A DNA stretch of 57,892 bases, filler included, from Dugesia japonica (Eukaryota): the NCBI GenBank assembly GCA_001938525.1. It is 4 parts of 4 records of this genome, joined end to end, with 100 filler letters (N's around TTAATTAATTAA, not from the genome) between each part and the next. Parts side by side here need not be neighbours in the genome. Positions count along the whole stretch, not along the records: positions 1 to 14,542 come from MQRL01631459.1; positions 14,643 to 27,622 come from MQRL01634320.1; 2 more parts are not named here. One strand, written 5' to 3'. Positions within the stretch are counted from its first letter, which is position 1, and each line of letters begins with the position of its first letter. The notes beneath the pieces were generated by a model. It saw only the letters and a list, made by a program, of their open reading frames with translations. It made no database searches and was not told the DNA's origin. The position numbers were made by a program, and so were the translations under genes. Shown piece by piece: positions 10,439 to 23,316 of the stretch.

Positions 10439-11806
10439 ATGGGCAATATAAGAAGTAAAAGTAATTTAGACACAATTCTGAAAAAATGGGAAAGAAGTAA
10501 AAGCGGTGATAATGAATGCAAATCATTTTCTTATAAAATTAACGGAGTAACTATTCATAAAGTAGATGGAGAATTCTTTGTTGAAAATCGAAATACTGTG
10601 ATTGGTCCGATGTCTCAAGAACAGTTAACTATGCTTTCAAAAAAGAACTCCGATTTTCAGTTAAATCCTAACTATTGCAATCGGCCAATGCCTGATGGAG
10701 ATAGAATTAATAATGAAATACTCATTGATAATTCACTTTCGACAAAACCAAATCAACTTAATGCCCAAATTAGTAAAATATCAACGAATACAAATATTCT
10801 GCCAGTTAATTTTTTGAAAAATAAAATTCCAAAATCTGACAATCAAAGTAAATCAAGTGATAAAATATCGGAAAGTATTATTTCAGAATTGAAAACAGAT
10901 GAGCTTTCTTTAAATTTAATTGGAAATACAAAAGTCTATAATGCCCAATCTGAAATCAGATCAGTTGATTGTCAGAAAAATATCAAACCGATTTTAAAAC
11001 AGAAAAATCCAGTTGGAAAATATTTCAAAACAAATCCATCGAATATGTTAAAATCTCAACCACGAAATTCAATTGAAAATAAAACAACTAATAAAAATCC
11101 GACTTCTTACAGCAGAAATGTAATTTTCTACAAAAATTCTTGTAATGATGCAAAAATTAATGGAAGATTTCCCGAAAGAAAATCACTTAAAACAACTGTA
11201 AAAGAATTGAATTTGAGTTATTCTAAAAAGAAAAATTTAAAACGGCAATTCAATTTAAATATTATTAGCAAATATAAAGAAGATTTGAAAATACAGGAAT
11301 TAAAAAACGATATTGAAATGCGCATGGCAGACGACATTTGCGATTCTATTCAACTCAATTGTTCAATGAGACCTCATTTTGATTTATGTAATTCACAGAA
11401 AATACAATCTATCGGTTTCACAGAACCGATTAATAAAGAAAAATATCGTTATACGGCTTTTGTTAAAGCGGAAAATCTTAATTGGCCCAAACAGAAATCT
11501 TTAGTTCGAAGATTGAAATATGCTTTCGAAGAGAAATTCGGATGCACTGTACAATTGGGAGATGAATTTGTTGAGTATAGAGGAAACGTTATTTATACTG
11601 TTAATATTGAGGGTAAAGATAAACTGGCTGTATTAAAATGTCGAAATAGTTTACCATTTGAATTAAAAACCAATTTGATTTTATCAAGAAATAACAGTGA
11701 AGAAGTAAATGGTGTTCTTAATGAAAGATGGAAATCTACAATTCCATATAATCCAAGGATAATAATCAATGAATTGGGTTCGAAAACCATGAAATTATCC
11801 TATTAA
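10439..11806 (+). CDS. intronless hypothetical protein, 455 aa; possible N-myristoylation and C-terminal KH-like domain
   Basis: 1368-nt uninterrupted ATG-TAA ORF in DNA where stop codons are very frequent, with AATAAA at 11849-11854. No transposon motifs recognised. Confidence 0.75.
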   Translation: MGNIRSKSNLDTILKKWERSKSGDNECKSFSYKINGVTIHKVDGEFFVENRNTVIGPMSQEQLTMLSKKNSDFQLNPNYCNRPMPDGDRINNEILIDNSLSTKPNQLNAQISKISTNTNILPVNFLKNKIPKSDNQSKSSDKISESIISELKTDELSLNLIGNTKVYNAQSEIRSVDCQKNIKPILKQKNPVGKYFKTNPSNMLKSQPRNSIENKTTNKNPTSYSRNVIFYKNSCNDAKINGRFPERKSLKTTVKELNLSYSKKKNLKRQFNLNIISKYKEDLKIQELKNDIEMRMADDICDSIQLNCSMRPHFDLCNSQKIQSIGFTEPINKEKYRYTAFVKAENLNWPKQKSLVRRLKYAFEEKFGCTVQLGDEFVEYRGNVIYTVNIEGKDKLAVLKCRNSLPFELKTNLILSRNNSEEVNGVLNERWKSTIPYNPRIIINELGSKTMKLSY

Positions 11807-12399
11807 TTATTTTTAACTAGACTAATAATAATTTTCATAAAACTAGAAAATAAAAACGAAAATTCCTTAATTTTAAAATAGATTTTAAACTGACAAGCTT
11901 TGTAAGCCTTTATTAATGATATTTATCATTCGGTTTTTGGACTGTAAATCATTTTCAATTATATTAGATTGCATTTAAATACTTTTGTTTTAAATATATT
12001 GAATTGTCACATTATTTTTACAAAAAAAGGTTAATATTTAATGAAAAATGAAAGTTTTAGTTGCAGAGATTTTGATTTCCGTTTTCGTGATAAAATAATT
12101 TTAAAAAAAACAAAAAGAAACTAGTTAAAGACTTGATTTTAAGTTTGTTTCAATTAGTTATTTTATTAAAATATTATTTAATTTTATATTTATTTTGTTG
12201 AATTTCATAATTCGTCAATTAATGGATTTATCAGAATAATTAATTTATGATTTTATTATAATGATAGAAAGATAACTAGTAAATTAATTATTTTTTTATT
12301 TAATTAAAATAGACTATATATTAAAAAAAATGTGGGCGTTAATTTCTTTTCAGTTCTTACATATTAAATACTATTGTTGGTGTATGGTCTTGATTATAT

Positions 12400-12452
12400 T
12401 ATGGCCTCTATAAGTGTTCCACCATACCCGGTGGTTCTGGGTTCGATTCATA
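12400..12452 (+). mobile_element. possible tRNA-derived SINE head
   Basis: B-box-like GGTTCGATTC preceded by the small hairpin ccacc..ggtgg. Truncated by a gap. Confidence 0.3.
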
Positions 12453-13830
12453 NNNNNNNNNNNNNNNNNNNNNNNNNNNNNNNNNNNNNNNNNNNNNNNN
12501 NNNNNTGTGGTTATGTAATAAGAGCGAGGTTAACTAATAAGTAAATTGATTTATTAAATAAACTGCTGATATAAGAACATTCAAATGGGCTAGAACAAAA
12601 CTGTTATTATATCAAGATTTGACTGCATGAAGAAAGTATTTTGGATCAGTAGTATTTTAATTTTAAAATAGTCTTTTAGTGAAAATGGCAAGATACAATT
12701 TATCAAATGAATAATTACAACAACTCACATCATAACCATTCACTTACTTCTATGATTATAATTTAACTTTATAACTATTATTCTGAAAATATCAATGATA
12801 ATAATAACAATTATCCTACTGATTCAAACTTTGAATATTCTTGTTGTTGTCCAGAATATTCGAAAAATTTTATTTTTCATTTCTTTTTACTAATTACAAA
12901 ATGCATTTTAATATAAATTATAGAATACGCTTTTATCAAGTATTGTAAAATGAAAAAAATATTTGTTTATACAATTCAGTTTATCAAAAGAAAACAAAAG
13001 TTTAATTATTATTTGATTTCATACATATAATTTTTATATACATTTTTATATATATTATTTTTAAAATAATAAAAGAATTTACACAGTTTTGTTTTACTGA
13101 TGACTGGACAAATTAATTTGTTTAACAAATCTCAAAAAATAAACTTAAATTAATATAAGTTGTAACTATGGTTTCAAATAAATAAACTAATCAGAAATAA
13201 ATAGTAAGTATTACGTATTTTTTTATAGGAATTTTGGCATTAAGATGCTTATGTTAGGCTATTTTATTTATCTATAATTTTTCATTAAATGAAAATCAGC
13301 GCTAATCGTTTGCCGCATCCGCTGACAATTAACTTTATGATAACAGAAGATTACTGTGAAAAGTACAGTGAGAAATATAGAAATGAAAGTTTTTCTAATC
13401 CGCATGGCATTAAAAATAAAACAAATATCCTTAATATCTCTATCACAAAATTACTAATAAATGTTATTGAATCTATCTGATCTTCAATTAACTTTTGAGA
13501 CAGAAAAAGTCTTAAAAATTAAATTAATCTTTATAAAAAATTATTTGAAAATCTTATACAAATATATTAAATTTTTTCTCGTTATTAATATGTAGCTTTT
13601 ACATCAGAATTTTTGTAACACTATTTTTTAACTGATTAGCTGATATTTTTTAAATTAAATTTTAAATCCACATTTAATTTTAAATATAAATTAAATCTAA
13701 ATTAATTACAATTATTTTTGATATATTATTTACTAATTTAAATGCTATTTAATGGATTTATTTACCGATTGTTAAAAGTCTATAATAAAGTCAAAAATTT
13801 CATTTCTAAATTATTTTATTATTCTTCTTC

Positions 13831-13915
13831 TTAAAGATTTAGAATTGGAAGTTCTTCTTCATCCAGCATACTCACCTGATATTACTCATTTAGATTGTTA
13901 TTTATCATTATCCAA
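13831..13915 (+). mobile_element. mariner catalytic-domain fragment
   Basis: EVLLHPAYSPDITHLDCYL resembles mariner WEVLPHPPYSPDLAPSDYHL. Confidence 0.7.
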
Positions 13916-13974
13916 ATAAAAAAAAAGCCAACAAGGTCATAGCTAAAATTCGCTAAATAACATTACATTGTTTT

Positions 13975-14112
13975 AATATTACTAATATTTACATAGTTAT
14001 GTTGTATTATTTACATAGTAACAATGTATTATTTATATTATTTACATAGTTATAGTGTAATATTTGTATTATTTACATCGCAACATTGTAATATTACTAA
14101 TATTTACATAGA
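13975..14112. repeat. minisatellite (tatttacatag core, 23-32 nt unit)
   Basis: Five recurrences of tatttacat(a/c)g with AT-rich linkers. Confidence 0.7.
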
Positions 14113-14542
14113 AAAAATGGAATTTCTAATAATTTTATGTAGTATGCTTGTAATTTTTGTAAAATCTACATGACATGGTTGCAATTTTAAAAATTTCTTA
14201 TGACTTGGTTGTATTATTATTTTTTTACATGATTACAATTATTCTTATACATTATCAATCATCTATTTGTGATCCTAAAAAGACCGCTCTTTACATTCAT
14301 CGTACTAATGAGGACTGGTATTCGTTCACAACTTTCTTCAAATCTTATTATGTCATTAGCATCCGATAATATTAACACAATCAAAAAATAAAAGATTGAT
14401 GTGCTTTATAAGGGTGTACTTTACATGTAGCTTAGATAATAATAATTTGAATAGAAAGAAGATATAACACAAATATTTTTAAATAAAACGTGTACTTTTA
14501 GAACTGTACTTTATATGGAGAATCGACTGTAATTCAAATTAT

Positions 14543-14642
14543 NNNNNNNNNNNNNNNNNNNNNNNNNNNNNNNNNNNNNNNNNNNNTTAATTAATTAANN
14601 NNNNNNNNNNNNNNNNNNNNNNNNNNNNNNNNNNNNNNNNNN
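14543..14642. other. artificial 100-nt contig spacer (44N-TTAATTAATTAA-44N)
   Basis: Six-frame stop 12-mer flanked by exactly 44 N on each side. Confidence 0.92.
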
Positions 14643-15411
14643 ATTGCCGTCCTTCATGTGTGATAATGACTTCTGGAGCTTCAAATCGACTGATTCACGT
14701 ATTTATTAATATGTTAATCACATAATCAAATGTTATTTCTAGACATGACACTGTTTCAACCCATGAGGTTTTTCTGTCAATCATCGTCAATAGATATCTC
14801 TTGTGGTTTATTGCTGGTAGTGATCGTANNNNNNNNNNNNNNNNNNNNNNNNNNNNNNNNNNNNNNNNNNNNNNNNNNNNNNNNNNNNNNNNNNNNNNNN
14901 NNNNNNNNNNNNNNNNNNNNNNNNNNNNNNNNNNNNNNNNNNNNNNNNNNNNNNNNNNNNNNNNNNNNNNNNNNNNNNNNNNNNNNNNNNNNNNNNNNNN
15001 NNNNNNNNNNNNNNNNNNNNNNNNNNNNNNNNNNNNNNNNNNNNNNNNNNNNNNNNNNNNNNNNNNNNNNNNNNNNNNNNNGTTTGGGTTGCGATATGTC
15101 CATAAATATTTCTTCCTCAAAGACGTCTAATTTCAAGGAAGATATTTTTAGTGATGCTTGAAGGTTCTCGATTTCAAGCCATTATATTTTTTAATGAAAT
15201 TATCTTGTACTTTGAAAAAGCTTGACGCCCTTTTATTTGAAATATTGATGAGCTTATCAGCAAATTTCGCCATTTCTGATAAGGTTAGAAAATTCTTGCT
15301 AAATTCTTTGATAATCATTTTTAAATAATTTTGTCTACTTATAATTTGTAAGTAGTAAAATATGACATCTACATCATAAATACTTAATAAATAAAATTTA
15401 AAAATTTTCAT
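14643..15411 (-). mobile_element. Gypsy-type LTR retrotransposon remnant (integrase core plus possible gag relic)
   Basis: SLPAINHKRYLLTMIDRKTSWVETV...INT*ISRFEAPEVIITHEGRQ matches the rve integrase pattern GPLP..RYLLT.IDR.TRW.EA...WISRFG.P..I.TDQGRQ. Confidence 0.75.
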
Positions 15412-15893
15412 ATTGGTATTTAAATAATTTCATCTACTTATAATTTGGAAGTAGTTAATTTATTCCTTTTTTATTCAATTAATTTTAAATTAAAAATTGC
15501 GGGCCTATATTAACCAATCAAAACCAAGTATACTTAAAAATAGTAACAATAATTTAACACCACTTACAAGTACAAACTAGTAATCANNNNNNNNNNNNNN
15601 NNNNNNNNNNNNNNNNNNNNNNNNNNNNNNNNNNNNTGATTAAAACAAAATAATTAATTAATTTACTTAAATTTGAAGAAAACATCTTTAATCACAGATG
15701 TTCTTTTAATTCGTAAAAACTCTATTGAAGCAGTGCTTAATCAAATGACCTCAGTTAATGGTTTACCATTTAGTATTTTTATCATATCATTGGAAATTCA
15801 TTGATCATTTGNNNNNNNNNNNNNNNNNNNNNNNNNNNNNNNNNNNNNNNNNNNNNNNNNNNNNNNNNNNNNNNNNNNNNNNNNNNNNNNNNN

Positions 15894-16559
15894 AATATTG
15901 TTTGATTACAAAAGATTCTTAATGATAAAATTAATTATAGTTCTATTTATTCTGAATGCAGTTCTTCTAATAATGATTTTCTAAGAAATTATTTAATTTA
16001 AAAAGATAAATTAATTATAATATTCCAAAATAAATAATAGAACAATTTGAATATTATTAAGGGCGAAATAATCGAGATTCATTAGATTTCATTTTATTGT
16101 ATCAAATGTTTCATCTCATTTGATTTATTTCGAAACAAATCTTTCAATTTTCCGAATTTCTATTGTATCCGAACTCGATTGTCTGCCAAAANNNNNNNNN
16201 NNNNNNNNNNNNNNNNNNNNNNNNNNNNNNNNNNNNNNNNNAACGTACATCTTTACATGGCAATATTGTTTGATTACAAAAGATTCTTAATGATAAAATT
16301 AATTATAGTTCTATTGATTCTGAATGCAGTTCTTCTAATAATGATTTTCTAAGAAATTATTTCATTTAAAAAGATTAATTAATTATAATATTCCAAAATA
16401 AATAATAGAATAATTTGAATATTATTAAGGGCGAAATAATCGAGATTCATTAGATTTCATTTTATTGTATCAAATGTTTCATCTAATTTGATTTATTTCG
16501 AAACAAATCTTTCAATTTTCCGAATTTCTATTGTATCCGAACTCGATTGTCTGCCAAAA
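15894..16559. repeat. near-identical ~298-nt direct duplication across a gap (15894-16191 and 16262-16559)
   Basis: Same sequence from aatattgtttgattac to gtctgccaaaa on both sides of an N run, with about 5 substitutions. Confidence 0.85.
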
Positions 16560-17701
16560 GGCTTAGCATAGAAGTATGTACTTTTCTAGTTAGTAAACTA
16601 TGTCTACAAAATTCTTTTGATCTCGTTTAGGTCAAAAGTAAAAAAAAGAAATGTTTTTACTCAAAAAATAAAGAATTGGTTTCGTTCAGTCATTTCCTTA
16701 GAGTTTTAAGATTTATTTTGATAAAGAATTGATTAAATAAAATATTGATTTCTATGGTACATTTGAGCGTCTTCGTACTGCATTTTTAATCTACGTGATG
16801 AAATTAATTTTTTTAAAATCAATTCTTATTGGCTAAGAAATAATAACATTAAATTCAATGAAAATCTTTTCGGTTAAATAAGATAAAATTTTCTGTACTA
16901 AAATTTTAATATTAATTTTTAATATTCAAAAATATATTATTAAAACTATTTCACCAAAAAAGTTTAACAAAAATTCTTCAACTTCTAATCTAGTAAATAT
17001 CTTCATCATTTGAATATCCAAGATATATTAATATANNNNNNNNNNNNNNNNNNNNNNNNNNNNNNNNNAAAAATCTTAATTTAATTTCAAAGGATAATAA
17101 TTCAACGGAAAATAATAATTTATTTTATCACTTTGAAAAATCTTCATCTATTTTGTTCTGATCAAATTTCTGAATTTTCTTTACAATGGAGTTTTTTTAA
17201 ATTAGATTTAGATTTTTTTTTGAAATTTAAATTAATTGATTTTCTTTTTAACCTTTGTTTTAATAAATTTTTTAAGTTCTTTGTAAAATTTTCATTAGAG
17301 CCAATTATATAAAAATGAATTTTAAAAAAAACACTCAGTTTTTAAATAATTGGGAAACCTAATTAAATTAAAATGTTTGTTATCGAAAATAATAAATGTT
17401 AATTAATTTATTAATGTTTGTAATACACACGACTCCATTTTTAACGATCGTTATACAAACGATCTTTATTAGCCATGAACTAATTTATTATTAATTAACA
17501 ATATATTTGATTTAACTCCTATAGAGAAATCAGACAAATTTAATTAGAGGGAAAGAATATTTGGTGTTAAATAAAAATCATGTATATAATGTCGGTGTAA
17601 AAAAGAGTTGGGTGTATGTGCAATTTTTCAGTATTATTGTTTCTGTAATTATTGGAATTTATCTATTGATGAAATGAAATTATTTGAATTATATTTATTA
17701 T

Positions 17702-17845
17702 AATTACAATTATCATGAGAATAATTGTTGGACTTAACCATTGATCGCATTTGAGATTTCATTAAAATAAGAAAAAGCTTCGATGAAAATAAAATTTATT
17801 CGTAAAAAAGTTCAAATTTTCGACAATAGTCTTCTTGAATTAAAA
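17702..17845 (-). mobile_element. family A hammerhead repeat copy (core partly deleted)
   Basis: aattacaattatcatgagaataattgttggac...aagcttcgatg...ttttcgacaatagtcttcttgaat. Confidence 0.65.
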
Positions 17846-18232
17846 ATCATGAATTTCACTAATCAGTTTTATAATTTCCTACTGTTATTTAACTTAATTT
17901 TGTTTAATTTCTCTACCATCATTTGGGTTTTGAAAATACTTCAACGTAATTAATGTTTTTTCTTAATAACATATAGTCCTACTCGACAAATTAAATTTAA
18001 AAACATTTTTTATATTTACAGAAAAATGTTGATACCTTAACACTTTCAGATGTATTTATAAATTCATTTCCTTTCATTTTATTCCTCTTCATCACAACAC
18101 CTCTAAAAACATTTATTTTTATTTTAATAATTAAATTTATAATTATTGGATTTATTAATAAGGCTTTAATATTTCGAAGTAAAATTCATANNNNNNNNNN
18201 NNNNNNNNNNNNNNNNNNNNNNNNNNNNNNNN

Positions 18233-19030
18233 ACGGACAGACGAAGATATATTTATGGTATAATAAACCATTACGGTTAATATGTAAGTCTAACGTCAAT
18301 CAACAAGCAAGATAAGATGACGATCAAAAGGAGCGATAATGGAAAAATGGATTTCAAAATTTGTAGCACTGAAGGAAGTTCACGTGGACAGTGGTAAAAC
18401 ATTTGAATATAAAATACTTCCGGAATCTGATGGATTCAATGAATATAAAAGTACATATTTCAAGCCATACCATTACAATACAAATAGGATCAAAGAGAGA
18501 CGATTCCACACAATCAAGGACTGAATTAATGCATCTGCAGTAGATGATAAAAGAAAGGAGTGGAGTAGCAGGATTCCGATTATTGAATACATAATGAACA
18601 CAACCGACAGGAGAATTCACAGAGCGTAATCGTTCAATGATCAAAGAAATGAGGAAGAATTGAAGGCAGGGGTACGTACAAAAAGAGAAGTTCAAGAGGA
18701 AGATCAAGTTTCGTTGAAATTAGAACAAAATACAAGGAAAGATACGCTAGCCCATACAAAATCACGGAGAAGATACACGAGAAAATATATCGTATCCGAA
18801 AATCCAAACTGAAGAAAGCTGGAAAGGAAAATAAAAACGTTATTCTACTTAATATAATTGAGGAGATGTTAGGATATTATTAAATGTATATCATTGAAAA
18901 GTACAGTGAAAGGTTTGAAGAAAAAAACTTGAAATTAATTAAAAGAATTTAATTTTAATTTTCACCTTGTTTAAATATTCAAGTTAAAAGAATTGCAGAA
19001 TTTGAATAATAATTTAATAAAATAAAGTTT
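18233..19030 (+). mobile_element. Gypsy integrase pseudogene with polypurine tract and start of 3' LTR
   Basis: RYIYGIINHY...IMEKWISKFVALKEVHVDSGKTFE...PYHYNTNRIKERRFHTIKD, then the purine tract gaggaga followed by TG (tgttagg) at 18867. Confidence 0.8.
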
Positions 19031-20695
19031 TATATATATTATCAAGTTTCAATTTACTTATAGCGTATTGATTATTTAATATCGTTTGGGTTCATGCGGA
19101 TTTAATAGTTAAAAATACTCATTTTTGAGTTTATTCCTTTCCAGCATTCTGTAGCTCAATACTGAGAATTTATCTATCATTAGCATCAACCAATCATTGT
19201 TTTGGTTTGTTTATTAACAACGATGCTCTTTGAGTTCCTGTCTAAAATGTTCTAAAATGAAAATAATCAAAACATAANNNNNNNNNNNNNNNNNNNNNNN
19301 NNNNNNNNNNNNNNNNNNNNNNNNNNNNNNNNNNNNNNNNNNNNNTTTCTCAAAATTAAAAGTAATAGCTTCTGTGATTTTCATATAGGTTGTGAAAAAT
19401 TAAGATTGTCCAATTACTGACTTCTCATATTGTTTATGAATTATTTAAGCAATTTATTTAATACCCATTAAACATGTAATGAAATAAATTTCAATTTAAT
19501 ATTTTAATAATATTAATACAATAATTTATATTTCTTTTTATAGCTATTTAAATATCACTTTTCGAAATTTATTTTATTATTATTAAATTTTACAAGATTT
19601 ACTTTTGTTAATTAATTCGTAATTTATTTTATTTTTTTTTCATTCTAAATTTTTTGAAATCTCTCCATTTGAAATTTTGATTTATTCTTATTCTGTATTT
19701 GATATATAATCTTTATTTTGATCTTTCTTATTGCAGTGAGTATATGACTTAATTATTATTTTTGTATTAAATAACATTATACACCGCTATGTATTTGTTT
19801 AAATTATTAAATTCAATATAGTCTTTTTAATAATAAAAGAAAAAAATGATTGAGCGGTAATTATACTGTACAGTATTTAAAATATCATATTTAGATCGAA
19901 TGTATAAATTATAATTCTTTATCATTGAATGCTTTATATTTTTAATTAAATAAAAAAAATTTTTTTTATTTATTTTCTTTTGCCTCAATTAGGAAAATAA
20001 ATATTTTTGAGTAGTTAATTGATTTAAAGAAAATTATTTGGCCATATTGAAATTTCAACGGTCGCACAAAAAATTTTATATTTCTTTAAGAAAAGAGGGT
20101 TTGGAATCGAATCCATAAATTTTTAAAATACATCAATTTTCTACGAAAATTGTTCAGTACCCTTAATCACTTTAATTACTAAATAGTATGTAATTTATAT
20201 AATTACTTCATTTAAATTTAATCATTCGAAACACTTGATCTGCCACAGATTCATGTATAAGAATGACTCCGTATAATTAATTAGTTTATATGTTGACAAA
20301 TATTTCCTGCAGTACTCGATTATTTTCAATATGTTAAGCCTTAATGCTTAACGGTAAAGTATTGTTACATTTTCAATTTACTGAAGTAATTCTAATTTTT
20401 AAAAAATATTTTTATATTTGTTTCTTTTTATTATTAAATTATGTCGATTTTAATATTACGTTATACCTATTTTCCAAGTTTCATGTGCAGAGGCACTCAG
20501 GGCAAAACCCCGAAATTTGCGTCTCTTTCAACATCCCAGCTGCNCATCGCGCAGTTATATTTCAATCCAAAGTAAAAACAACCATTTTCAGTAATACTAT
20601 AATTATTTTACGAATACAATTTAATTACTAGCAAAAATATAACATAGGCTATAAAACAAAATTAGCCTTCTTAGAAGAAAGATAAATATTATGAC

Positions 20696-23316
20696 TGTTA
20701 GATAAATCTTCAATTAATAATTTATCTTCAAAATCAGAACTCAATAATTATTATAAATTTTTCTGAAATAGACACTAAAAAAATCATTTAGCTTCATTTT
20801 AACAATTTCTATTGGTTGAAATNNNNNNNNNNNNNNNNNNNNNNNNNNNNNNNNNNNNNNNNNNNNNNNNNNNNNNNNNNNNNNNNNNNNNNNNNNNNNN
20901 NNNNNNNNNNNNNNNNNNNNNNNNNNNNNNNNNNNNNNNNNNNATTTTTTCAATTATTCGATAAGGGCCTTCAAATCTGTCTTGACTTTTATTTCTTGTT
21001 TCTACCTTGATGAGGACATAATCTCCTACTTTGAACTCTCTATTTGTAGTCACTTCTGAAATTATTTCTTCAGTGCTTTCTAAAATTTCAGACTTGCACA
21101 AATTTTCTCTGCTAATTTTCTTTCCAAATAAAATTTTAGACGAGCTCTTTCCAGTAGTCGTCTGCTTTGTTGAGTTCATTGTAAATTCTATTTCCGATAA
21201 AAGATCTGTCAATCTGTTGTCTTTCTCTACAGAAGTGTTCCATTAATTAAATATCAAATTGTCCTGAACAGTCTCTCAATTAGTCCGTTTGCATTGTGAT
21301 TATAAGAACTCAAAAAGCACAGCTTAATGTCTACATTTTGTGCAAACTCCCTCATAAATCTGAATTCAAAGTTTTTTCCACAATCTGGCCTTATTTCTCT
21401 TGGACATCCAAAATTCAAAATCCATTGCTCAAAAATATCTTTTCTTATTGTTTCTTCGTCTTGTCTAGGCAGTGCTATAGGAACCATATATTTACTGAAC
21501 TGGTATATTATACCGAGTAATTATATTTTTCGTCCATTTGTTTATCGTCATGGCCCACACATATCTGTGAATATTACTTCAAACAAATTTGTAGCTTCCA
21601 GTCTTTTTGTCTTCTCTTGAGCTGGTGTTGTCACTACTTTGGTATTCTNACAAATTTCACAACTACAAATTATCTTCTATATTTAACTCCACAAATTTTA
21701 TACACTGTATTTGTTTCTACTACATTCGTACACTTTTTCAACTCCTACATTACATAATAATTTGTGTATTTCTTCTATTGTTCCACGTATTTTATCATCG
21801 AAATTTCAATTTTCTTGACTATGTTTAATTGATCCTCTTTATCATTTTTAATTTCGTTCAGTACTTTTGTTTTAATTTTCTCTTTCTTGGCATCTTCATG
21901 TAAAATTTGATATTGTACACATACTTCACATCTTAATCTAAATAACATACCAGCATTATGATGTTGAATTTATTTTCTATATTCCAACAACATGTCTAGA
22001 GTACTCAGATAATAAATTTATGTATGGAATTGTGATGAAATTNGTTTCTTCGTCGTCATCATGGAAGTTAAAGCTTTATGATTTGTCTTTAGAATAAATC
22101 TTCTACCATACAAGTAATGTTTGAAATGCATGTAGAAATAATACACAGCCAATAACTCTTTTCGCGTGATACAATATATAGCTGCAACTAACTCCTATAC
22201 TAGTAGAGCCCTGATTTTTGGTACCGCCTTTCCGAATCACTTACTTATATCCGTCCTTGGTATTGACGTCTTCATCTGCAATCACATAAATTCAATTATA
22301 TCGGTTTCTTGGCCCTTCATTATTATCACATTTTTCGGTTGTTCTTTTCATTTTTAAATCTCTTCAATATCTCTTTAACACAACCGTCTAATGTTGCACA
22401 ATTTTCCACAGCTAAACTCGACTTATAAGTCATTTTTTTTATGACAAGTCCAACATTCTACTACTTTTCTTGTTGAACAATTTGCTTTAGTATAACTAAT
22501 CTAATGGAATAGCTAACATTCAATATTTCGTTTTTCGTTTCTTTATTCTACATGTCGGCTCACTGTATAATTTAAAGGTTTCTGATAATTTTGACTTGTT
22601 ACTCTCGTGTACCTTCTAACTTCATAAACTTGATCTCTGTTTTTCTTTACTTGATCTAATAACACCATTGTTTCATCAATTTCTTTTATTTTCACCCGTT
22701 CCCGCGAATTCACCTTATCTTTAACTTTTTGTTATCTGAACAATATACTAGCATCTTTGCTACCATTTTTTCCTTTGTAAAATATTTTTGTAAAAATTCT
22801 TTCCTCTAAATCTTTTACATTTTCTTAAAATAAACTTGAATATCTTCATTTTCACGTCTGTAATTAATCAAATTTTAGAAGTCTTTGATAACATCTGTCT
22901 CTCTCTCAAATGCCCGATGCAAACGAATCCAAAAACATCCAACTGTTTTCAACGTCTTTGCATATTCCTCCAACAAATCATCATTTAACAATTAGGAGAC
23001 TAATCTCTCCTATTGTTTTATTTGGGTAACACTTTTTAGCATCAAAATATAATTCAAACCGTTTGATAAATTTTTCAATATCATCTCCTCTGCAGAACAC
23101 ATTTGACAATAACCTATCTGTAATAGAATCAGTATTTAACGCTGCCACATGTTAGGTAAATCTTCAATTGATATTTTATCTTCAAAATCACAACTCAATA
23201 AATATTATAAAAATTTTGTGAAATAGAAACTAAAAATCATTTAACTTAATTTCAACAATTTTTATAGGTTGAAATTTTTTAATCATTTAAATTTTTCTTA
23301 TAATGCCAAAATGTCA
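20696..23316 (-). mobile_element. internally deleted Gypsy LTR retrotransposon with both LTRs
   Basis: Direct repeats at 20696-20822 (gap-truncated) and 23150-~23316. Primer binding site tgtggcagcg next to the 5' LTR. Gag zinc-knuckle relic (VECWTC), RNase H (YCITRKELLAVYYF..FKHYLYGRRFILKTNHKAL) and integrase (SSYNHNANGLIER; RFEGPYRI). Confidence 0.88.

Noticed and set aside
11593-11790. Antisense 65-aa ORF (and similar shadow ORFs over transposases)
   Set aside because: Shadow of the real coding strand.
13093-13140. CTGATGA followed by a hairpin as a hammerhead
   Set aside because: The GAAA half of the core is absent (CAAA) and stem I is unconvincing.
15894-16559. Tandem 298-nt duplication as a biological repeat
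   Set aside because: The copies flank an N gap and differ by about 5 substitutions; most likely two haplotypes of overlapping contig ends left unmerged.
19080-19250. Possible GIY-YIG relic (LKEHR) on the minus strand
   Set aside because: Too short and degenerate to distinguish from chance.
20470-20590. Minus-strand VPLHMKLG resembling the PPLHIKLG motif of some DNA transposases
   Set aside because: A single short motif without supporting flanking similarity.
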